Positions 35,121 to 44,227 of a DNA stretch of 55,744 nt are shown here, piece by piece. Source of the DNA: a virus (Duplodnaviria > Caudoviricetes); the IMG/VR virus record IMGVR_UViG_3300033076_001147, positions 1-55,744 of that record; one strand, given 5' to 3'. The translations under genes and the position numbers were made by a program. Position 1 is the first letter of the stretch; every line of letters starts with the position of its first letter. Below the pieces are notes generated by a model, which saw only the letters and a list, made by a program, of their open reading frames with translations, had not been told where the DNA came from and searched no databases.

Positions 35121-36724
35121 CGACGTACTACCCGAGCGGGCTGCTGAACCTCCTTGTAAGGCTCGACGACGGCTACGAGCCGCTCAGTCCTGAGGCCGTC
35201 GCCACACTCCAAGGCGGGACGGCCCCGTACACCGCTGGGACAGCTATCGAGGCGCTGGCGCCCAGCAACGACGGGCTGAGCCTGTTCCTCGCCATCCCGC
35301 CGAACGAACTGACGCATGAGCGCAACGGGCCGCGCACGGCCGACACGCTGTCGGTTCGCATCGCCTACCGCGACCTCCCAGTGCCGCCAAGGGCCATCCG
35401 GTCCATCGGCGTCGTGTGGCACGCCGACACGGTCACGCCGGAGAACTACGCCCTCGGCATGAGGGAGGGGCTGGCGGGCCGCTCGACGGCGCCGGCCATT
35501 CTCGCACCGACGACAGCCAACAAGCGGTTCGTCGGGTTCGTCGACACCGTGGAGGAGGACGACGGCGCCTGCTCGCTCAACATCGAGGCCAGGGACTTCA
35601 CCGCGCTCCTGATCGACCAGATCGTCCCGCCGAGCGTGCTCGCGACGACAGCGACGGACGTCCGCCTCGACGCGCTCGTCATGACGCTGCTCCGGAGCAT
35701 CCCGGGCAACGTGGCGAAGGGGCTGACGGTGGAGTTCGTGGCCTGGGGCGCCGACGACGAGCAGGGGCCGCCCGACCCGTTCCCCGTCGTCTCTGACGTG
35801 TACGGGAAGCAGGGCAGGGCGCGGCGCGGCAAGAGCCCTCGCCTGTCTGCGTCGTCGGGCGGCGCGGACGTCTCGTACTGGGACGTCCTGACCGACATCT
35901 GCGTGGCGTGCGGCTACCTCCCCGTCATCGAGGAGGACCGCCTACGCATCATCCCGCCGAGGACCCTCTACGAGGGCGAGGGGAGCTTCCGGCGCGCAGT
36001 CGCGACGGCCAGCGGCGTCGAGCAGCTCACCGCCCGGCGATTCATCGTCGGCCTCAACGCCGAGGACCCGACGTTCCGCCGGTCGTTCGCTCGCTTGTCC
36101 ATCCCGAGCATCATCGTCCGCTCGACCGTCCCCGGGCTCCGAGAGCCGCTCACGTCCCGCTGGCCGCCAGAGGCCAAGACCAAGGCCCGGCCGCCGAGCG
36201 TGACGCCGAGCGGGCGCGGCGCGCAGGACCGGAGCGAGCTAGTCCTCGTACGCGGCATCAGCACGCAAGCCCAGCTCGACCGCATCGCGCGGAACCTCTG
36301 GCACGAGTACGCGCTCGGCGAGTACGTCGGCAAGATCGCAACGACCCACCTCGCCAGCTACGGGGGCGGCAACGCCGATCCGGACATCCTTGGCATCCGC
36401 TCGGGGGACCCCGTGGACGTCGTGCGAAGGGGCGCTGGGGCAGCAGGGGGCGTGCTGTCGACCATCGCCGACCTCCAGAGCCTGGAGGCCCGCTTCGAGG
36501 CGCTGCGGGCCTCTGGCGTGTCCGGGACGGCGGCTCGCTCCATCGTGCAGTTCCAGGCGGCGACAAGCGGCCTTGGCAGCACGTTCCGCGTCAAGTCGAT
36601 GTCGCAGGCATGGCGGTTCTCGGACACCCCGAGCGTTCGCACGACGCTCAACCTCGGCTCGTACATGACAGTGCAGGCGCCAGGGCGCATCGTTCCAGGC
36701 GCAACGACGAGGTTCATCGCGTGA
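35117..36724 (+). CDS. baseplate hub (gpD/gp27-like)
   Basis: FVGFVD, ARDFTALLID, YWDVL and synteny. Confidence 0.7.
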   Translation: MTTYYPSGLLNLLVRLDDGYEPLSPEAVATLQGGTAPYTAGTAIEALAPSNDGLSLFLAIPPNELTHERNGPRTADTLSVRIAYRDLPVPPRAIRSIGVVWHADTVTPENYALGMREGLAGRSTAPAILAPTTANKRFVGFVDTVEEDDGACSLNIEARDFTALLIDQIVPPSVLATTATDVRLDALVMTLLRSIPGNVAKGLTVEFVAWGADDEQGPPDPFPVVSDVYGKQGRARRGKSPRLSASSGGADVSYWDVLTDICVACGYLPVIEEDRLRIIPPRTLYEGEGSFRRAVATASGVEQLTARRFIVGLNAEDPTFRRSFARLSIPSIIVRSTVPGLREPLTSRWPPEAKTKARPPSVTPSGRGAQDRSELVLVRGISTQAQLDRIARNLWHEYALGEYVGKIATTHLASYGGGNADPDILGIRSGDPVDVVRRGAGAAGGVLSTIADLQSLEARFEALRASGVSGTAARSIVQFQAATSGLGSTFRVKSMSQAWRFSDTPSVRTTLNLGSYMTVQAPGRIVPGATTRFIA

Positions 36725-37293
36725 GACCTTCGCCAGCCATCGCAGTCGTCGACGACGACCCGCAAGCCATCGAGATCGGGACGGACGGCGTGTGGCTCGA
36801 CCTGACCCTCATAGGCACCGGCGAGAGGTGCCGCGGGCGCCTCGCGCTTCCGCTCAGGCCGACCGCCGACGGCTCGGACTGGTCCGGCCTCTGGGCCGGC
36901 GTCCCGCTTCACGGTGAGCAGGTTGCCGTGCTCCTAGACTCGGCCGACCCGAGCAGCGTCGTCGTCTTGGGGTCACTTCAAGACGGGGAGAGCGACGGCC
37001 ATCACCTCCCCACCGAGGTCGTCTCCGACCCGGACACTGTTCGGCTCCGAAGCCTGTCCAAGCTCCAGCTCAGCGCAGAGGGCACGGCGTCTATCGACGC
37101 CCCTCGCGTCAACCTCGGGCAGAGGGACAACGCAGGGACCAAGCCTGTCGCGCGTCGCGACGACGCCGTGTCCGTCGGGGACCTCGCGTGGGTTGCGTTC
37201 GTCCAAGCCATGACCCTCGCCGGCCTTCCTGTGCCGCCGACGAGCATCGGTGGAACCATCACGGCTGGCTCAGCCAAGACCTTCTCAGCGTAA
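36721..37293 (+). CDS. baseplate spike (gpV-like)
   Basis: P..GEQVAVL, PVARRDD, GTITAGS. Confidence 0.7.
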   Translation: MRPSPAIAVVDDDPQAIEIGTDGVWLDLTLIGTGERCRGRLALPLRPTADGSDWSGLWAGVPLHGEQVAVLLDSADPSSVVVLGSLQDGESDGHHLPTEVVSDPDTVRLRSLSKLQLSAEGTASIDAPRVNLGQRDNAGTKPVARRDDAVSVGDLAWVAFVQAMTLAGLPVPPTSIGGTITAGSAKTFSA

Positions 37294-37334
37294 CCTACTG
37301 GGAGGAAAGGACATTTCAGGCGAAACAATAAGAA

Positions 37335-37393
37335 AAGACTAAGGCTAAGACTAAGGCTAAGACCAAGATGAAGAAGGGGGTCTAAAGACCCCC
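37335..37393. repeat. purine-rich hexamer tandem array plus hairpin
   Basis: AAGACT AAGGCT AAGACT AAGGCT AAGACC AAGATG AAGAAG, overlapping GGGGGTC-TAAA-GACCCCC. Confidence 0.75.
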
Positions 37394-37406
37394 ATGTGAG
37401 GTTTCT

Positions 37407-38267
37407 ATGTGGTGGACGGAAGCCTGGGGGCTGTCACCTTGGGGCGGGACGGACGGCACGTTCTCCGCGTTGGCCTGGGCGCGGGATGAGCTCCACGTCG
37501 TCGTGCGGTACTCAATGCGGCCCGAGGCGGCCGCATACGACCCGAGGAGCTACGGCCTTTTCGAGGTGGCCCCGACGCCCTTGTCACCAGAAGTCCCAGC
37601 CGTTGTGGCCGTAGAGGCGGAAGCCTCAGCCCCGCTCGCCTGGGACCTCGTCCTGCGCCTTTCGAGCCCGCTCGGTTCCTCCGGAGCGCTGTACCGCCTC
37701 GTCATCGTTCCGTACCGCCAGGACGTCGGAGAGGCGGGCGGCCCCTCTATCGGCGGCGTCGTCGACTCGATGCGCTCTGCGGACGGCTCGCCGCTGACGT
37801 CGCCGCTTTACCTCGTTCGAGGCGTGACGTCGCCGGCGACAGATCCGGCCGTCGTCTCCGAGACGACGGACCCTCGGCTCGTCGACCTCGACTACCGCTA
37901 CACGGCGGCCGACGGCGCCCTGGCGGCCGGATACGCCGTGGCGCCCAACGGAGACGTTCTTGTGTCCAGCGGCCCTGCGACGCTGCGAAAGCGCATCATC
38001 CGGCGACTGACGACTCGCAAGGGCGGCTTCGCGTGGCTGCCCGACTACGGCCTGCTCCCGGCGCAATCCGGGCTCATCACGGGGAGCAGGCTCGCGGAGC
38101 TTCAAGCCGATGCCGTTGCCCAGCTCTCGGCCGAGCCGGGAGTCGCGTCGGCGACGGTCGTGCTGCGCCATTTCGTCGGGCGCGGTATCGTGACGGCGAC
38201 CGTGTCCATCGGGCTCTCCACGGGCGGCAGCATGGACGTCGAGCCGTTCGCCATCCTCGGAGGCTAA
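37407..38267 (+). CDS. baseplate wedge protein (gp25-like C-terminal domain)
   Basis: LRKRIIRRLTTRKG.F.WLPDYG. Confidence 0.75.
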   Translation: MWWTEAWGLSPWGGTDGTFSALAWARDELHVVVRYSMRPEAAAYDPRSYGLFEVAPTPLSPEVPAVVAVEAEASAPLAWDLVLRLSSPLGSSGALYRLVIVPYRQDVGEAGGPSIGGVVDSMRSADGSPLTSPLYLVRGVTSPATDPAVVSETTDPRLVDLDYRYTAADGALAAGYAVAPNGDVLVSSGPATLRKRIIRRLTTRKGGFAWLPDYGLLPAQSGLITGSRLAELQADAVAQLSAEPGVASATVVLRHFVGRGIVTATVSIGLSTGGSMDVEPFAILGG

Positions 38268-38270
38268 GCT

Positions 38271-39380
38271 GTGGCAGATCAGCCCACCTACAACGACTTC
38301 ATGCTCATCGCGGCCAACGCAGTTGCAGGCGTGGAAGGCGGCCGCATCACGCCGGAAGCCGTGCTCACGCCGGGCAGCGACGTGAACATCCTTCTGTCGG
38401 CGGCGGCGCTCATGGCCGAGCGGTGCATCACCGACTCGGCTCGCATCGAGGCCAACTCCCGCATCGACACTGCAGAGGGCGTCGGGCTCGACCAGATCGG
38501 CTTCGACGAGCCCTACGGAGTCCCGCGCATCCAGGCGGCGCCAGCGACTGTGACCCTGGCGCTGACCAGAGCCTCGTACTCGGCAGGGAGCGGGACCATT
38601 GCGCAGGGGACGCGGCTCAAGCTGGGGGGCGTACCGTTCCGGACGCTGTTCGCCGTGTCGTTCTCCGCGACGGCACTGGAGGCTGAGGTGTACGCCCAGG
38701 CCGAAGCTACGGGCCCTGGCGGGAACGTAGCCGAAGGCACTTCTGGCACCTGGACGGACCAACCGTTCGACGGGTCCATCGCCATCGAGGCGGCTGAGAA
38801 CGCGGCGGGCGGGACGGACCGGGAGACGGACGCCTCGTATCGCGAGCGCCTCCGCGCGGCGCCGAGGGAGGCTCGACGCGGGACGCTGTCGGCCATCGAG
38901 TTCGGTGCGCTGACCGTTCCAGGTGTCGCATTCGCCACTGCGACGGACGTGCTGCAGGCCTCTGGCCTGCCAGCGCTCCAGGTGTCGCTCGTCGTCTCAG
39001 ACGCGGCCGGGAACAGCTCGGGCGCCATGCTCTACCTTGTCGGCCTTGCGCTTGGGGAGTACCGGTGCGGCGGTGTGCCGACGTTCGTAAACGGCGGCAC
39101 GGCCGAGTTCGTCGACGTTGTCGTGGCGTTGACGTTCCTGGCGACCGTCGACTCGCTGGCGGCGGCGCAGGCAGCCGTCCAGCGCATCGTGGCCTACGTC
39201 AATGGGCTTGGCCCAGGGCAGACGCTTGTGACGTCGAGCATCGCCGCGGCGGCACTGGGGTCATCCGTTGGAGCGACGGGCGTCGTATCGTGCGACGTCG
39301 TCTCGCCGGCGGGCAACCTCCAGCCGTCGTCGCCGACGGGCGTCATCAGGACGACGACGGCGCGGGTCACGACGGCATGA
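38271..39380 (+). CDS. baseplate J-like protein
   Basis: AEGVGLD, GPGGNV, GGTDRETDASYRER, ALTVPGV. Confidence 0.88.
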   Translation: MADQPTYNDFMLIAANAVAGVEGGRITPEAVLTPGSDVNILLSAAALMAERCITDSARIEANSRIDTAEGVGLDQIGFDEPYGVPRIQAAPATVTLALTRASYSAGSGTIAQGTRLKLGGVPFRTLFAVSFSATALEAEVYAQAEATGPGGNVAEGTSGTWTDQPFDGSIAIEAAENAAGGTDRETDASYRERLRAAPREARRGTLSAIEFGALTVPGVAFATATDVLQASGLPALQVSLVVSDAAGNSSGAMLYLVGLALGEYRCGGVPTFVNGGTAEFVDVVVALTFLATVDSLAAAQAAVQRIVAYVNGLGPGQTLVTSSIAAAALGSSVGATGVVSCDVVSPAGNLQPSSPTGVIRTTTARVTTA

Positions 39381-40381
39381 GCGCCGTCTACGCGCCACCG
39401 TTCCGACCGGCGACGGCCGAGGAGCTCCTGACGGAGCTTCGCGGCGTCCTCGACCCGAACTACCTCGCGACGTGTGGCGACCCGGCCAGCGGCGGCAAGG
39501 AGCTGCTGGCTGCGCTGTGCGCCATGTTCGCTCGCGTGCAGCTTGCGCTGGAGAGACGCCGCAAGGACGGCATCCTGTCCCTCGCAGCCTCGCCGGCTCA
39601 GGCCAACGTCACGCTGACGCTCTCGCGGACGAACACGGCCGGCGCGCTGGTCCTGTCGCCGGGATCGGAGTTCGCGACGTCCGAGGGTGTCCGCTTCCCG
39701 CTGACGCAACGCGTTCAGTTCAACGACGGAGCGGCGACGCCGACTCCATCCACCGTCGACTGCATCGCACTCCTGCCGGGGTACGACGGCAACATCCCGG
39801 CCAACTCGGCTATCACGCTGACCTCGTGGGTCGCTGAGGCGGGAGAGCCGGGCACGGAAGCGCTCGCCGCCAGCGTTGTCGTTACCAACGCGACGGCTGG
39901 CTCTGGAGGGGCTCCGGACGCCATCGGCATCATCGCCCAGGGGAGGGGCGCCTACCCGAGACCCGGCGAGGATCCCGAGGCCCTGCGGCAGCGGGCCAGA
40001 CGCATCGCCGACGTCGTCTCGCCCGTGGCGCTCCTGGCGACGGCGCGGCGCATCCTGCTCCCCTACGGCATCGCCTCGGGCGACGTGTTCTACTGGGATG
40101 GATGGGACATCGGGCCGGCTGCAGACGAGGACTGCTCCGACGACCCGAGCGACGACATCAGGCAGTTCACGCCGGAGCGCGGGGAGGGCTGGTTCTACGT
40201 CGAGGTGCCGCTTGTCCCGAGCCTCGACCTCGGGGCCTTTTCCGACGCCGATGCCGCGGACGACTGCTGTTCGGACGGCTACCCCGTCCAGCAGGTTGCG
40301 GCTTGGGGCTCTCTGGTGCAGGCTTTGACCGCTGCCAAGGGCGGCGGCACCGCGTTCTCTGTCGTGGTCCGGGAGGACTGA
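39377..40381 (+). CDS. second baseplate wedge protein (J-like domain)
   Basis: PGYDGNIPA, GEDPEALRQR and synteny. Confidence 0.65.
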   Translation: MSAVYAPPFRPATAEELLTELRGVLDPNYLATCGDPASGGKELLAALCAMFARVQLALERRRKDGILSLAASPAQANVTLTLSRTNTAGALVLSPGSEFATSEGVRFPLTQRVQFNDGAATPTPSTVDCIALLPGYDGNIPANSAITLTSWVAEAGEPGTEALAASVVVTNATAGSGGAPDAIGIIAQGRGAYPRPGEDPEALRQRARRIADVVSPVALLATARRILLPYGIASGDVFYWDGWDIGPAADEDCSDDPSDDIRQFTPERGEGWFYVEVPLVPSLDLGAFSDADAADDCCSDGYPVQQVAAWGSLVQALTAAKGGGTAFSVVVRED

Positions 40382-40385
40382 CCCC

Positions 40386-41447
40386 ATGCCGACAAACAAG
40401 CCGTTCGATCTCGTCCGGCAAAGCGACCTCCAGAAGATCACGTCGTCCGAATTGAACGCGCGCGAGCTCCTGCGAGACACGACCATCGCTACCGCTTTCG
40501 GGGCGCTGGCGGGCCTCCGCTCGACGGCTTACGGGGGCGGAAGCAACCCGGGCATCGCCGACCGGGCGTGGTGCGCGCTGGAGCCCGGGAGCTTCCTTCT
40601 GTCGGGCATCGGAACACTGAGCCTGACCCTGTCGCACGGCCTCGGCCTCTGTCGCGACAACACAACCGACTGGCTCGCCGAGGGGCGCGGCTACTACCGC
40701 TGGCTCGACCTCGCGGAGGACGTGAGCATCGGCGTCACGCCGTGCGTGACCGTCGGCAACGCGCGATACGACATCGTCGTGGTCCGGCCGACGCTCCATC
40801 AGGCCGAGGTCGAGTCGGTCCCCATCAAGGACCCGGTCACGAACACCTACAGCGGGCAGAACAGGGCGACGCGTTTCAGGGAGGAGATCCGCTGGGGGAC
40901 CGAGTCGCAGTTCAACGCCGGGGAGGCGGATGGCTGCGTCATCCAGGGGGCCGAGGCCACCTCCGGAACCCAGGTGGAGCCGGCGACGCCGGCGGGGGCC
41001 GTGAAGCTGTGGCGATACACGGTCTCGACCTCGACAACCTCCAACGAGAAGGACTGGCGCCGGATGCCGCGCCGCGTCCCGCAGCGCCTCGTTCTCGACA
41101 TCCACTATGACGCCGGCAGCGGGACGGCGACCGTCATGGACAGCGAGGGGATCTCGCTGTCCGCCTACTCGGAGAACGGCGTTACTGGGCAGATGACCAT
41201 CGCGTTCGATGGCGGCTACCCGACGAGCGTGCCCATCGTTCGTCTCACGGCAGGGAACGACGGCTCGGCCAAGCCGATGCTCCCGTTCATCGCAAACGAC
41301 TCCTGGCGCGTTCCGCTTCGGGGAGTAACCCACCAGATCAACATCAGGTGCTGGGACGTGTTCAACAACGCCGTCAACATCGCGACGGCGACCAAGTTTG
41401 GCATGGAGATCGAGAGCGTCGATTTCGACGACGGCGTGCAGGAGTAA
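40386..41447 (+). CDS. tail fibre/baseplate-attached protein
   Basis: NARYDIVV and PATPAGAVKL motifs; position after the wedge genes. Confidence 0.55.
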   Translation: MPTNKPFDLVRQSDLQKITSSELNARELLRDTTIATAFGALAGLRSTAYGGGSNPGIADRAWCALEPGSFLLSGIGTLSLTLSHGLGLCRDNTTDWLAEGRGYYRWLDLAEDVSIGVTPCVTVGNARYDIVVVRPTLHQAEVESVPIKDPVTNTYSGQNRATRFREEIRWGTESQFNAGEADGCVIQGAEATSGTQVEPATPAGAVKLWRYTVSTSTTSNEKDWRRMPRRVPQRLVLDIHYDAGSGTATVMDSEGISLSAYSENGVTGQMTIAFDGGYPTSVPIVRLTAGNDGSAKPMLPFIANDSWRVPLRGVTHQINIRCWDVFNNAVNIATATKFGMEIESVDFDDGVQE

Positions 41448-41450
41448 GCC

Positions 41451-42614
41451 GTGGCCTCCGTTACCTTCGACGGGACCGAGGGGCCGCAGGCCGTCCCCAT
41501 CGGGACAGCCATCACGCTGAGCAACGGCGACGGCTGGACGGGCGTTGCCCGGGCACTTTGGCAGTTGTTCGTGCCGCCCGGCAGCGCTGCGGCCCTGGAC
41601 GTGCCTGGTGGTTGGCAGATCGCCCCGTTCACCAACGGGTTCACGCCGGACGTGCCTGGGGTTTACCGGGCCGAGCTGACCACGATGGCGCTCGACGGCT
41701 CTATGGCGCGAGCCTCGGGCGTCGCCACCGTCGCGTTCCCGTTCGTGCTCGATGCGGGCCAGACTCCAGCGACGGGTGAGACGACCGAGCAGGGAGCGAG
41801 CGGCTGGACCGACCCGGTCGACCTCCTCCTGCAGCGGGCCGCGCGCATCGACTCGGACGCTCAGCTCGTGACGTTCTTGAACGGCACCGGCTCGGCTTTG
41901 GCCGAGGGCGTCGTCGTGACGCTGACGGAGCAGCGGCGCTGGCCTGACGTCATGGGTGGCGCGCCTGTGACAGGGGCGCCGCTCGACTACATCGCCGAGG
42001 CCGTCGGAGACGTCGGTCTCGACCGACTCGTGCTCGTTGTCCAGGGCGGCGCCGACGGCGAGCGCTGCGTCGGGCTCCGGAGGGGCGTCATCGCCATCGA
42101 CGCGACCTCGTGGGGGCTGACGCCGGGAACCCTCCAGACGATCTACCTGGACGACTTCGGACTCCCCCCAACAGCGACGCAGAGTGAGTGGCCGCTCGGC
42201 AGGGCTGTGGCGGGAGCGGCGGACGCCGACCCCGGCGGCTACGTCTACTGGGACCCGGCGACCAGCGAGAGCGCCGGCCGCACTGGGGCCGTTGTCGCAA
42301 CGCTGGCCGACAACACCGCGGTCGCCACGTCCATCCCCGGCCTGAGCTGGGACGCCGCGGCCGTTGCCGGCGTGTCTATCAAGGCGTGCGTCCGCAGGGC
42401 TGGCCGGTCGTTCGTGACGACGCTCGTTGGGGCCGTCGATAACTCCGTCCCCGAGTTCCGCCTCGGGGCCACGTTTGCTGTGACGACAACCTCGCCCGGC
42501 GTCACCCTTTCCGGAGCTGTCGTGGCTGGCCGAGCCGTCATCCAGTTCACGTCGACCTCGATGGGCAGCGACGCCGAGGCCACCTTCATCGTGGAGCAGG
42601 CATGGAAACGCTGA
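41451..42614 (+). CDS. virion structural protein
   Basis: FTPDVPGVYR Ig-like start, beta-rich. Confidence 0.5.
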   Translation: MASVTFDGTEGPQAVPIGTAITLSNGDGWTGVARALWQLFVPPGSAAALDVPGGWQIAPFTNGFTPDVPGVYRAELTTMALDGSMARASGVATVAFPFVLDAGQTPATGETTEQGASGWTDPVDLLLQRAARIDSDAQLVTFLNGTGSALAEGVVVTLTEQRRWPDVMGGAPVTGAPLDYIAEAVGDVGLDRLVLVVQGGADGERCVGLRRGVIAIDATSWGLTPGTLQTIYLDDFGLPPTATQSEWPLGRAVAGAADADPGGYVYWDPATSESAGRTGAVVATLADNTAVATSIPGLSWDAAAVAGVSIKACVRRAGRSFVTTLVGAVDNSVPEFRLGATFAVTTTSPGVTLSGAVVAGRAVIQFTSTSMGSDAEATFIVEQAWKR

Positions 42615-42925
42615 GCCCCGACCTCATTGCCCAGTTCGGCATCGCCGCGCCGATCTTCGCCCTGCTGACGTGGTTCCTGAGGAGGTCGCTGACCATCCTC
42701 GATGAACGGCTCGCCGCCATCGCCGACCGCATCGGGACACAAGGCGACACCCACCGGGCCGAGGTTCACGACCTCACGGCCGCTCACGCGGCTGAGGTCA
42801 AGTCCCTTGGCGAGGCGCACTCAAAGGCCGTCGAGGCCCTCATCGCGCGCGAGCGCGAGCTGACCGACAAGCTGCTCAAGCTCAAGCTGTCGGAGCTGCA
42901 GGCGAAGGGCCAGGAGCAGACGTGA
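42602..42925 (+). CDS. holin-like membrane protein
   Basis: Single N-terminal TM (QFGIAAPIFALLTWFL) plus coiled coil. Confidence 0.5.
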   Translation: METLSPDLIAQFGIAAPIFALLTWFLRRSLTILDERLAAIADRIGTQGDTHRAEVHDLTAAHAAEVKSLGEAHSKAVEALIARERELTDKLLKLKLSELQAKGQEQT

Positions 42926-43059
42926 CAACGCAAGAGACCCACCTGCGTCGCTTCTGCGCCATGCTGTGGCGGCGCCTCGGCACGGTTCTGCCGAAGGAGA
43001 GAGCGACGCAGATCCTGGCCGACATGGCGGCCGACAGCGACCCATGGGAGCCGGCGTGA
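42922..43059 (+). CDS. small hypothetical protein (45 aa)
   Basis: AGGAG RBS; GTGA-coupled at both ends. Confidence 0.45.
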   Translation: MTTQETHLRRFCAMLWRRLGTVLPKERATQILADMAADSDPWEPA

Positions 43060-43286
43060 CCCGCGCTCTCGTCCTCTGCGCCCTGCTGGCGGACGTGGCC
43101 CTCGTGGGCTGCGCGCCGCTGGCGTGCGTCACGGTCGCGACCCTCGAGGCCGCGCCGCCGGTGCAGGCCACGGGCGCCCCGGGGCTGCTGGTCCGCATGG
43201 GCCGCGAGCTGCTCCTCGCGGCCGCCCGTGCTCGGTGCGCCTCTGAGACGGACGGACCGCTCTTACCGGAGCCGGCGCCGCCCTGA
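43056..43286 (+). CDS. putative lipoprotein (spanin candidate)
   Basis: Hydrophobic signal ending in an LVGC lipobox, Pro-rich tail. Confidence 0.4.
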   Translation: MTRALVLCALLADVALVGCAPLACVTVATLEAAPPVQATGAPGLLVRMGRELLLAAARARCASETDGPLLPEPAPP

Positions 43287-43315
43287 CTCGCACCGGGCGA
43301 CACTCGACACACAAC

Positions 43316-43356
43316 CAACGCCCCGGCAGCCTCGGCTTCCCGGGGCGTTGTCGTTT
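43316..43356 (+). terminator. intrinsic terminator ending the late operon
   Basis: CAACGCCCCGG...CCGGGGCGTTG followed by TCGTTT. Confidence 0.65.
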
Positions 43357-43429
43357 CGGCTCCCATTGCGCGGGCTTGAGTGTCCATGTGAGACCGCAAC
43401 AGGAAGGCGCAAAGCGGCAACTGCGGCAC

Positions 43430-43500
43430 CTTTCCAAACTTTTCGGAGACCACGCTACGAAAGTTTCTTTCGGAGAAACGAAAGATGGGGCATAACACTT
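43430..43500 (+). promoter_or_regulatory. AT-rich early promoter/operator region
   Basis: TTTCGGAGA twice, palindrome CTTTCG-N6-CGAAAG, -10-like CATAAC. Confidence 0.5.
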
Positions 43501-43707
43501 TCACCGGGGCGAGGAACCCCGGGCAAGAGCCCGGCTTAGGGCGGCGAAAGCCGCTCGCGGGAGGAGGCGACGGAGCCTCCAGAGGGGGGCCGGGAAACCG
43601 GCCAGCAACTCCCCGACCTGACGAGAGAGCGGCCCGAGAGGGCGCGCGAAGGCAGGAAGGACTAGGGTTGCGGCGTGTCTCCCCGCTGGCGTGGTCAAAC
43701 TGCCGGT

Positions 43708-43783
43708 CTACCGTCGAGGACGCACCTCGGGCAAAAGCGCCCACCTCCTGACGATGGCAGGGGGCGCCCTGCCGAAACGGTAG
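43708..43783 (+). ncRNA. type III hammerhead ribozyme
   Basis: Stem III CTACCGT/ACGGTAG, GUC triplet at 43713-43715, stem I GAGG/CCTC, core CTGACGA, extra T, stem II GGCAGGG/CCCTGCC, GAAA. Confidence 0.8.
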
Positions 43784-43812
43784 CGCCCAACGCGGCGCCA
43801 AGGACACCGACC

Positions 43813-43977
43813 ATGATCAGCCTCACGCTCTCTGACAAGGAGCTTGCCGTTCTCACCGCCCTCCAGGCCGCCGAGGCACGGCTCGCCGCGGCCGTTGCGC
43901 TGGGGCTTCCGCCCCAGGCGCTCCGGGCCTACCAGGAGGAGGCTGACGCGGCGTTCTACGCCACCCTCAGCCGGTAA
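43813..43977 (+). CDS. small early protein
   Basis: AAGGA RBS, directly after the hammerhead. Confidence 0.55.
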   Translation: MISLTLSDKELAVLTALQAAEARLAAAVALGLPPQALRAYQEEADAAFYATLSR

Positions 43978-44227
43978 GCCTCAGAGGCCGGAAGCGGCCT
44001 CGGCTCGATGACGCATCCGCTCATGCTTCCCACGCTCGATGGGACTAGCGGATGCCTCATCGAGCCAAAGTCGCTTCACCTTCAACCACAGAGGCAGCCG
44101 AACGACGTCCGGTTAGACGTCGGCACCACGTTCCGAGCGGTTCGAAGCGTGGCGAGCCCGCTGCATGATGCGGGAGGCGCACTCGGCAAAGCGCACGCTG
44201 GCGCCACTGGCGCCCAAAGGATCCACC

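Noticed and set aside
37335-37376. CRISPR or other guide array
   Set aside because: Contiguous hexamers with no spacers. No repeat-spacer array was seen anywhere, and the Cas4-like gene sits in a recombination module.
43615-43660. Second hammerhead (CTGACGAG...CGAAG)
   Set aside because: GAAG instead of GAAA, no stem III or cleavage triplet, and the CCTG pairs with CAGG.
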